Origin: a virus
Taxonomy: Duplodnaviria > Caudoviricetes
Reading direction: 5' to 3' (one strand)
Virus record (IMG/VR): IMGVR_UViG_3300025133_006663
Location: 1-41,518 of that record
Length of the DNA stretch: 41,518 bases
Shown piece by piece: positions 1 to 10,300 of the stretch. Position 1 is the first letter of the stretch, and each line of letters begins with the position of its first letter. The notes under the pieces were generated by a model. The model saw nothing but the letters and a program-made list of their open reading frames with translations. It had not been told where the DNA came from and made no database searches. The translations under genes and the position numbers were made by a program.

Positions 1-1
1 C

Positions 2-880
2 CTGCTGGTCAAAGTTAATGGCGGAAGAGTAACCTGCTTGAGGCTCGAATATGAGCTTCGTGTTGCCACCTGCAGGTTTGTCAATCTTAACATCACCGCT
101 TGCCGTGATGTCGCCATCCTTGTCGATCAGGAAAACGTCCCCACCACTTCCCGCACTCGTATTCACCTCAACCAAATTCCCGCTCTGGCTCGCATGTGCT
201 GTCAACGTGAGGGGAACGTCTGTGGCTGCGGGAGCGACGGCGGTTAGGAGGCCCACGTCGAACTGACCGAGTGCTGACCCGTCGCTCGTCAGTTTTAACC
301 GGCCTGCACTAACCGGACTCAGGCGTATGTCAGCGGCTCCGATTGTGTACGTGTCGGTCGAATCCCAACCGACATACGTGGAGTCATTGAAGGTCAACGA
401 GGTGCCAGGCTTGATGTGCCACTGTCTGTATCCAGAACTCGCATTGCTCGACAACCAACAGTTTCCACCGTACGCTTCAAAATGGAGTGAATCCAAAATC
501 GAGACAAACCCCGCGCCGTCATAACTCCCGTCGGTTACAACTTCAAACAGCCGCTGATTCGCCGCTGCACCTGCACGTCCGATATCGAAAACAGTACCAC
601 CAGATGTTGTCCCCTCGATTTGCAGTTTCGTTCCGTCCCAAGTAGGGCCGTCTGTCCGCTGTAAACCGTTCGCGTCAAGATAGATAATTCCCGTGGCAGT
701 ACCGCCACTTAACGTCAAACCCGCGAACGTCGGGGAGTCCAGCACGCCAAGGCCCATGATCGAGCGCGCACTCGCGGCGCTCAGGGCTTCAAGCCCGCCA
801 GTGCCCGCCGTTTCCCGGCCCGCGATCGTGGACGTGGGGACGCGACGGACGGCTGAGTATGGGAGACTGAAATCTGGCAT
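2..880 (-). CDS. Putative tail fibre / virion structural protein, truncated at window edge
   Basis: Not in the ORF track because it runs off the edge. ATG at 880-878 with GAGG upstream; the frame MPDFSLPYSAVRRVPTSTIAGR...GLGVLDSPTFAGLTLSGG...AINFDQQ is open to position 2. Gly/Thr/Ser-rich, and the 'DSPTFAGLTL' motif is typical of fibre proteins. Confidence 0.65.
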   Translation of the reverse strand, partial: MPDFSLPYSAVRRVPTSTIAGRETAGTGGLEALSAASARSIMGLGVLDSPTFAGLTLSGGTATGIIYLDANGLQRTDGPTWDGTKLQIEGTTSGGTVFDIGRAGAAANQRLFEVVTDGSYDGAGFVSILDSLHFEAYGGNCWLSSNASSGYRQWHIKPGTSLTFNDSTYVGWDSTDTYTIGAADIRLSPVSAGRLKLTSDGSALGQFDVGLLTAVAPAATDVPLTLTAHASQSGNLVEVNTSAGSGGDVFLIDKDGDITASGDVKIDKPAGGNTKLIFEPQAGYSSAINFDQQ

Positions 881-912
881 GTCGTTCGTCCTCGATTACC
901 GCAGCAAGAGCC

Positions 913-1260
913 CTACACGGCCTGCAGAAGACACTTAACAGGTGCCGCATACCCGGTAACGACAACCTTGTACTTGCCGTTCGGAAACTGGCCGATAACA
1001 CGAGGCGTACCAGCTGTCAGCGTGGCCATGACCTGCCACGAATCTGCATCCGCGTCATCCACCTTGCGCCACAGTACCAGCGTGGCCGCTGCCAGATCGC
1101 CAGACCCACCGACGTCCCATGCTGCAAATTCCGCGAGGCCGTTCCCGCTCATCCCCGAGAAGTCCTGTTCGGTCGTCGTCGAGTTAGCGACGATGCTTGT
1201 ACGGTCCAGCGTACCGTCCGTTGGTTGCGCAACCGCATTGAAGTAGACCACCGTGTTCAT
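913..1260 (-). CDS. Hypothetical protein (115 aa, beta-rich, possibly virion-associated)
   Basis: ATG start with GGAG upstream; lies just after the 1275-1321 terminator and is co-oriented with its neighbours. Confidence 0.7.
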   Translation of the reverse strand: MNTVVYFNAVAQPTDGTLDRTSIVANSTTTEQDFSGMSGNGLAEFAAWDVGGSGDLAAATLVLWRKVDDADADSWQVMATLTAGTPRVIGQFPNGKYKVVVTGYAAPVKCLLQAV

Positions 1261-1274
1261 TGCACAAACTCCAT

Positions 1275-1321
1275 AAAAAAAACAGGACCACCCCCCACCA
1301 TTGGGAGATTGGTCCTGTTTT
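1275..1321 (-). terminator. Rho-independent terminator after the giant gene
   Basis: CAGGACCA (1283-1290) / TGGTCCTG (1310-1317) stem; A8 at 1275-1282 gives a U8 tail on the minus strand. Confidence 0.85.
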
Positions 1322-1368
1322 CAGGTGCCAATCAGACGCCGATATTCTGCTGAAAGCCGCCCGAAGAA

Positions 1369-4300
1369 TCAAGATGCAACACAATAGGCCCGCATATATC
1401 GGTCCAGAATGGCCGTTACGTCACTCTGACGGGCAAATGGGACGGCATCCGGGTCGTCCGGGTCGTATCCACCACTGTGATCCGGCGGCTCGTAGCCCTC
1501 TGGGTCGCCGTAGTTCGCCGCTGACGAACTGTTTTGCCGCGTGAGGTAATCAACAGACTCCCGCAAGATGTGGTCATCTGAGAGACGTGGAGCCCGCCCA
1601 CCGTCCTTCACCTTCTGCCAGAGGGTGTCGGATGGATTATCCCCCCAGTCGAGATGTGGATTGTTCGACATCATTTCGTCAAGCATATCGTCGAACCCGG
1701 ACACATTGGAGTAGTCGCCGGCCCCGGCCCTGTCGCGGGAATTCTCAATGTTTTCGGCCTTGCTCTTACTGACGAGCCCCTGCGCCTGCCGGACGATCGG
1801 AGCCCATTCCTTATGCTGGGCCATGTGCATCTCGTGCGTCTGCTGGGCAATCTGGTGCAGCTCTACCGGATCGACGCCGGCCGACGTTGCCGCCGCCTTG
1901 ATACGGTCCTGATGCTGATCCTGCCGGCGGTTGTCAAATTTCCGCTCCTTGCTGCTCCATTTGGCCGAAGCCTCTCGAAACGCCGTCTCGTCCACCACCC
2001 CGTCAGCGTCCCGGAAATCTTCCCGGTTCGGCTGGGCCAGCCCGGTCTCTCCGGCCGCTGCGGCCTTCGGCAGCTTGTTAAACTCAGCCTTTGCAGCATT
2101 ACGGGCGTCCCGGTCGGCCAGTTCCCGCTTCAGCTGTTCAGACCGATCCTGTGGGGCCTGCTCTGGGGCCGCTGTAATCTCGGAAGGATCGTGGAGCTTT
2201 TCGGTGCCGTCCTGGTACCGAACCCGCGTCTTTCCGTACGCATTCCCCACCACTTCGGCCGGTTGACCACCAACAGATACGGCTTTCCCCGTGTAATTAC
2301 TGGCCTGCCGCTTCTGCTCGTCCTCGTACATCCTGGTACCTGGCGTGGCTTTCTGCTGCTCGCCATGCGCCCGCATCGCCCGTGCCTTGGCCTGTTTGGC
2401 CATGAAATCATTGTGCGACGTCTGCGGATCCACTTCCTGGCTCTGTGAGGCCATCATGCCAGCAGGACCGCCCAGGTCCAGAGCTGTGCCGGCATACGGA
2501 TTCTGAGCCTCTGCTGGCTTCTCACCGTTCACACGCACGCCCAGCGGCTCCATTTCGACCGCTTTCTTGTGCTCGATCGCTGCGGCCTGCGCGGCCTTCT
2601 GCTGCTGGATGTGGTGCACCTGCTCCGGGCTCAGCTGTGGTGGTGGTGCCTGATCGGTCGGAGACCCGGCCCCTTCCTGGCCCTTCTTGACGAACTTACC
2701 GCCGTCGCTCTGGCCTTCCTTGCCACGGGGATGCAATTCCTCGAATCCTTTATTCGATGGCCCCTCAGCCGCAGCTGGTGGCGCACCCGGTGCCTGCCCG
2801 GCCCGCTTGGCCGCTATGCTCGCCTCAGTGATCAATGGTATCTCCTGCCGCTCCTCTCGTGGCGGTGCTTCGGCATTAACCACTCGGCCAGCCGGCAACG
2901 GCTCGTCTCGCGGAACCGCCCCCCGCGTCCCGCCGCTAAGGCCTTGCCCTGCATCCGGCCGAATACCACGACTGGCCGCATTGGCATCGCTTTGCTGTTG
3001 CAACGCATCGGCCTGTTGAGCCATGTGGGCCGCCTTCCCCTTTAACGCTGGCCCGGCCGGCTGAGCCGGTGCCGGCTTCTGCGGGGCATTCTTTTGAGCG
3101 TGATCGGCCGCCCGTTTATGCACCATATCCTTGATTCGGTCGTGCAGATTGTACCCGCTGCCGCCAGCTGCATCGGCACCCATCCGCTTCTGCTGCAACC
3201 GATCTCCGATCGAACCCGGCCGGTACTGCGCAGGTGCTCGCCCGCCTGCACTACCTTCCCCCCATGCGCCACCTTCCCGGCGACTGATAGGCACTCCGGC
3301 TGCTGTCGCGCCTAGCCCCGGCGATGACCCGGCCCGATAGCCCCCAGACGAAGGTGCTGGAGCCGGTGCCGCTGGAGCTGGAGCCGGAGCCGACTGAGTA
3401 GCCGCTGGCCCGCCCTCAAAGTCGAGCTGCTTCTGCGGATCCGGTGCAGGTGCGTCAGGATGACCATCAGGAGCCGGCCCCTTCCATTCCGCTGCAGGTG
3501 GTTCGTAATATCCGCCACCAGCCTGCTGCTGCTGCTGCGGAGCTTGCCCCTGCTGCGGACTTGTCTGTCCCTTCAGTTCTGCCCGCGCCGAGCGCCGTGC
3601 GTGTTCCTGCAGCATCCTGTGCCCCTGTCCAGCATCCAGACCGTGCCGTTTTTCAAGGGCGGTATGCTGAGGTGACTGCTGGCCGGCGTTCCGGCCCTGC
3701 CATGCACCGAATGCCGCCTTGGCCATCCGGTTGAACGCCCGCGCTTTCCCGAACGGACTCACCGCCAGGTCAGCCGCACCATGTACCGCCAGCTGCCCGA
3801 GTGTTCGCTGTGCGTACTGATCGACCGCCGCCGACAGTGATGGCTCCGGGACGTACACCCACCACTCATCGCGGAAGTATTGATCGATGAACGCAGTGAT
3901 ATCGGCCCGTTGGTATGAATCCCCGTCTCTGAGTGCCCGAATTCTCTCGTATCGTTCCTTGCGTTCCACCTTGCCGTGTTCCCCTTCCCATTTCTTGCCG
4001 AATTCCGAATAGATTGCTTCCAGGTGCGGCCGTGCTTTTTCCAGTTCAGCATCAGACGGCCACCAGCTGTGCCCCGACTTATTCAGCCCCACGAGATACG
4101 TATTGTCACGACCCTCTTTGTGCAGGTTTGATTGCACCAAACGCTCAGAATAACGAGCAAACATCTCAACGTCGCTCGTCCAGTATTCGTATTCTTTCTG
4201 TCGCACTTTAGCGCTGAACCCCTCGTACCGTTCCCGCACAGACTCCCCTATGCGCTGCTTCGCGGCCGCCCAAGCCGTCTGCAGTTTCTTGTGGTTGTCA

Positions 4301-7300
4301 TTCCGCTGCGAGCTGGCGGCCGTCCCCATCCGCTCACCAGAGTTGAAGTCGAGAAAATGAGCCCACTCGTGGGCCAGTGACCCCGACCCGTTCTTTCTTG
4401 TCATGTTGATGACATTCCCGGCCGACTCAAAATGCGCTTTCGCGCCCGCTCGACCACGAGCCCCAAACGCCAGCCCGAGTTTTCCCTTCATCCCGATAGC
4501 TTCATCCGGTACACCCAATGCGTCCGCGAGGTCTACAAACGCCTCTGCGGACTTCGCTGTGTGATGCACTCGCTCATCGTCCGTCATGGAGTTGCCATAC
4601 TGCAGACCGCGAATCGTCAGGCCACCCATCAGCATCTTCTGCGTTTTCCCATGCGACGACGTATTGACCTTGCGGCCCCCCTTGCGATTACTGACCCCAG
4701 TAACATACGCCTCCGACGGGTTGAATTTCTCCGCGTTCTTGTTTCCTCCGGCGACCTTCTTGCCGAACACCGACGCCACGGTACTACCGCTAATAACGTC
4801 GATGGCCTTCTGTTGAACGTCATCCCCGCCGTCGAAGCGTCCGTGATGCTCCTGTGCCAGTTTTGCGAACTCCCGCATTTTGTGAATCGCAGTATTCGAC
4901 TTGAACCGATAATTGTCTTGTGATGGATCGAGCGAGAACTTGTCTTTGTAGTTCTTTGCCGTCCGCGTCTGCTTGTGGATCTTTTTCAGCGCGTCGTATG
5001 TGGTTCGGACAGTCTGAGAATACCCGCCCTTGGTGAGCTTATTACGGTGCGAATCCGCGAACCTCGCAAATTCGTGCAACGCCTCTGACGGACCCATATC
5101 CCCGCCAGCTAATTCCTCAGCCTTCGCGTGCAACGCATCGAACATCTCGACATATTGTTTGCGCGTGCTCGCCCTGAACTCATCGGCATTCATGCCGTCC
5201 AGGGACGTTCCTTTCGCTTCATTGCTCTTGGTGCCGTACGGCCTCTGCGGAATCGTATTCATCGCAAAGTGCATAGCCAGCGCTGTCATCGGATTCTTCT
5301 CAGCGTGCACTGCGAAATTGTTCGGTTTCCGTTTTTGCAGGTTGCTTCTGGTTATCCCCTTCTCTGCGACGGCGGCCCCCATCGCTTCGAGGTCTTCAAG
5401 CGTACGCCATTCGTTTCGCACATGTCGTGCCGCCCCCGCCAGATCCGCACCGACATTATCAACGTCAGACTTTCGAGCCCAGGCATAGTCCTCATGTTTC
5501 TGGGCGTCGTAATAGTGCTGAGCAGCTTCGCGGTGCCCGTCGGTTTTCTTGACCGCATCTGACGATGGCGTGTCACTTGCGGCCGTCGCCTTTACTGCAG
5601 CTGTCGCCTCACCTCTGCCGACCCGATCGTTATGTTTCAGCTGGTCCTTAATTTCGGACGCTCGTTTTTTCGATTCGCCATATTCAGCCACCTGCTTTTC
5701 ATATTCCTTCTGTCGCGACTCAGACGCTGGAGCCTGTTCTCGCCGCTCAGGGTCATACGCCCCCTTCGGTTCCTTCGGTTGCTTCGTCTTGCCTGCTTCA
5801 GCAGCGGCTGCACGCAGTTCATCATTCGTCATGTCAGACGTTGCCGCCGGCATTGGCCGTTGCTCTTTGTTCTTCTCTTCCTCACCGGCCCGATTCACAG
5901 CCTCCGCCATTCGGCCGTCATTTTTTCGTTCCAGTTTTCCACTCAGCTGGTCAGCCATTCGCTTCTGCATTTCCGGGCTGTACCCTTCGTCTATCGCTTC
6001 CTGAAGTGACGCTGCAGCCGCGCTGATGCCTTTATCCTCTTTGTGCCAGTCCGCTCGGTTCAGCAGGCCCTGGTGTGGCGACTTGCCGCCGGCCGCCTTC
6101 GTGGCTTTTTGCTGCTCCATTGGGACGCGATCGCTATCAGACCAGCCGCCCTCTGGCTCGTTTTTGTCGTTGATTTCATCGAGCTGCATACTTAGCGGCT
6201 TGTCCTTCTTACCGTCCACAAACTCGTCCATTTCCTGCCGCTGCTTCTGCTTGGCCATCGCCTTGGCGCGTGCTGGTGTTGGTTTCGGCTTGGCCGCTTC
6301 CTTGAGTTCCTTGTGGTAGTCGGATATCTCGCTGCGAGCTTCCCGGCCGTGCTGTTTCATTATGTCAACAGTGCCCTGCCCCGTCTGGGCCTTGATCTCG
6401 TTCCAGATATTTCCGCCCTTCGCGTGAGCATCACGCACCGCCTTTTTGTATCCCACCATCGCAGCTTCCCGCTGGCGGTCCTGCGCAATTTCCTGCGCGA
6501 CGCTGGCCATGTGCGGCCGCGTCTTCTGCATGTGCTCAATCAACGCGTCGTGCTGATTGCCGGGAATTACATCCATTAACACGCCAAGATCGTCCTTGTT
6601 CAGATCCTGCATCTGCAGTGTCGAGTTGACCTGATCGGTGTAATCCTTGCCAGACGCTACGCTCGTGAATTTTGGCGTCTTACCCTCAGCCTTCTGCAGC
6701 TCGTCTTCGTGGTATTCGTACGTCTTGCCGTCGTCGAACTTCACAACGTGGTCAAGCAGATGGGAGTCCGACCGCCCCTGGATCGTCCCCGTCTGCCCGT
6801 GGCGGTCGTTGTTGTTATCTTTCGGCGTGTTGATCGTCACCCGGTCCCCGTCGCTGTGCTTGTACTTCCCGGCCACTTCCTTCGGCGCAGCTTTCCCCTT
6901 CTCTACGAAGTCGTCCATTTCCTTATTCTTGGCGGCCTTGGCCTCTTCTTTGTCCTTCCGTGCCGCGTTTTCCACATCCAGCTCGTGAGCCACTTCGTTG
7001 ACTTCAGCGGACAGGTCCGGCCGGTGTTTCTGGATCCAGCTTTCCAGATGCCCGCGACGTTCATCCGGCGCACCATCCAGCACCCGGTGAACGTCCGTTT
7101 TTCTCAGCTTGGAAATGTCATCGGCGGCTATCTTGATATGGTTTTCCGCCCAGCTGTTATTTTCTGCAACACGTTCGCGCCCCTTGACCCCGGCGTCCTG
7201 CTCGGCCTGCTGTCGCTTCTTAGCGCCCGGCATCATGGCCTTAACGGATTCCGCATCGGTCATGCCCTTCGGTTTAGCTTCCCGTTCCGCTTTGGCCTCC

Positions 7301-10300
7301 AGCCGCATTTTCAGCTCACCGTGTAGCCCGTCGAGCATCTGCTGACTGTGGCCGCGTTCCTTCGCGTTCATGTAATGGCCGTAACTGGTCGCGATGTTCC
7401 GGTCATACGTCGGCCCGTACTCTGTGAATTTCTTGCCACGTTCGAGGGCATCGGCGTGAGGATCCTTCTTTCCAGCGGCCCGTGCCTGGCTTTCGGCCGT
7501 CTTTGAATTGTCGGAATCCACGGGATCGTCAAACAGCATTTCCTGCCCCGGCAGATCCTCCTTCTTGCCGGCGTCGAACAGAGCCGATTGCGTGGCCTTC
7601 TTTTCCGGGGCCTGGTTCGGCAGGTCCGGCTTCTGACTGTCCGGCACTTCCCACTTAGATTGCTTGCCTTCGAGCTTAAACGGTTTCGGCTCTGCAGGTG
7701 GCGCAGCTGCCGCCTGTCTTACGCTCTTTTTGCCGAATAGCGAATCGTCGGACACTTCCGACTCGTTCACCATACCCAATATCCCGCCAGCATCCTGCGG
7801 CCACTCCTGCGTCGGTGCCCATAGGCCATGTTCCCCTTGAGTGCTCACCCAGAATTTATTTCCGGTCACTCGCGTCACCTTGCCCATAACCTCCGAGCCA
7901 TCATGCTTCGGAATTGAGACATATTGCCCCTTCAGCATCTTGCGGCCAGCAGGTTTACGACCCCGCTCTGTTGCCGTCGGCAGGTCTTTCGTGTCGTTCA
8001 GCAGCTTATTCCATTCTGACTTCCCGTGGGCCGTTTCCCCCACTCCAGGCACCGCAGAGTCTCCGACCATTCGCGATACCTTCACTTCCGCCTCTCGACG
8101 CTTGATTCCGCTTATCATAATCCCCTTACGCTCGTCCTGATCGACAGCACCGCGCAGGTGTTCGTGCTCCCGTCGCGGATGGCCCGCAAACTTCCTTTCC
8201 TCCTTCGGCTTGCCCAGCCCGGCACGGTTCGCGGCCTTCGTGGCGTCCACGTTGCCCGTCGCAAACATGCCTTCGCCTTCAGGTTGATAGTTCCCGTCCT
8301 CAAAGGCTCGCCAGTCTCGCGTGCCCTTTGTGCCGACCGGCGGCATACCCTTCGGTTGGTCTTTGGGCTTCACCATTCCGAGGAACAGAAAGTTATCGTC
8401 TGCGTGCATCTTCACTCTGCTGCCAGCATGGACGCCCGATGCTGTTTCGCTTGGCTTGACAATAACGAAACTCTGTTTTTTTCCCTGCTTCGATTCCAGT
8501 CGGGCAATCGTCTCTGTGCCGTCATGGTGGCCGAATGAAACCACCTGCCCCGGCTTGATGTAATTCATGGCACTCTCATAGCCACGTTCTTCTGGACGCG
8601 GCAACGGCGGCACATTATGGCTTTGCCAGTCATCCCCCTGGATGTACTTGCCCAGCTCACCGTCTCCGAAGTCGATAGCAGAACGAAGCGCTTTCTCTCG
8701 CAAGGTGTAATCAACGCTATTGGCTTCGTCATAGGCATCCTTCTCCGACCGACCCTGCAGGTAGTTCTGCCAGTTTTCGTCAGTATGATTCCCCTGCGCT
8801 GCATAGAACAGTCGGAGATTCCGGCCGACCGATCGGTGCTTCCAGTCTTCGGCCTTTGACGGCTTCGGCACGACCGGGAAGTTTTTCATGTCACGGTATT
8901 GGACCGCCCTGACCCGCCCAGGTTCTTCCGCTTTTTCCGGCGTCTTCATAAACCCGGCCTGCAGCTCGTCTTCGTCTTTCTTCTGCTTCTCCTTCCGCCG
9001 TTCCTCAACGCCTTCGTTGTACGCCTTATTGAATGCCGCCCGTTCGGATTCCTTTTTCTGCTGATATGTGGGCTCAGGCGGCCCCGTGAATCCGGGCGTA
9101 CCGGGCTCTTTGTTCTCGCGGCGTTTCGTGGCCCGAGCTATGATCGCCTTTCGCATTTCCTTCTGGTCGTCACTCCAGTCCGGTTGCTCATCCTTCAGCG
9201 CCGGTTCCTTCTGTTTGTCGATGCCGGCGTGCAGATCTGCGATGGCTTTGCGGGCCTCATCCTCGCTCATCGCTTCATTCGACTCGTTGGTGCCGTGCGT
9301 CTTCTCTACCAGCTTCTGCATACCCTGCTTATGTGCCGCCTTCTGTTCGGCCTGCTGCTTGCTCTGGGTGTGCTTGTCCTTGAGCTGCTGCTCGTGCGTT
9401 CGGTGCCACCGTGCATTGCGGAGCACGTACTCGACGCCCTTTTCGGTCTTCGTGTCGCCCTCTTTGGGATTCTCGAAGAGACCGCCGCCAGCATGTTGTG
9501 GAGGTGCGGCCGGCTTATTTGATGGCTTAGGCTGCGCAGATGGTGGTTTCGCCGCAACTGGTGGCGGTGTCTGTGGTTGCTTATTATCAAACAGCCCGCC
9601 CTGAGCTTTCGGCTTCGGTGGAGGCGGTGACGTATGCTGCGGCCCTGCTGGCTTCGGTGGTGCCGGCTGCGGCTTCTTTGCTCCCGCGAACAGACCGCCC
9701 ATCTCCGGCTGCGGCTTCGGATTCTCAATCGTGAAGCCCCGATTCTGCGATCCTACGGCCGCCTTGCGTACCGCGTGCGCATGATCGTGGCCCTTGTACT
9801 GGTGGATTTCCCCAGTATGCGGATGCTGCACATGGGCTATGTGATGTGTCCCGTGATCGACCACGCGCACAGACTGGCCGCCGCCGTGCTTGCTCTGGAA
9901 CTTGCCGCCGTTGCCGACGCCCTTGCCGGTACGCGGATGCAACTCTTCCTGCCATCGTTTCTTCATCGCCCCGGATTTCGTCACCTGCGGCGTGAAGAGG
10001 TTTTTCTGGCCGGCAGCTGGTCCCAGTTTGGCGTATTGGTCAACAGCATCAGACACACGGGCATACGCCTGCTGCTGCTGGCCGCCGCCGTTCTGTGCCA
10101 CAATCATGCTGTGCGTCAGTTTGGCCTGCGGGAAGACTTGTTGCACCAGCGGCAGATACGCCTGCAATGGCTTGTTTTGCTGGAATCCCTTGCTTGTCTT
10201 TTCTGGGTGCCCGCTGCCATTTCCGGGATAGACGTCGATGTACACCGTCCCGCCCGGCTTCAATGCGTCAGCGGCTTCCTTGAGCGTCTGCAGCTGTGCC

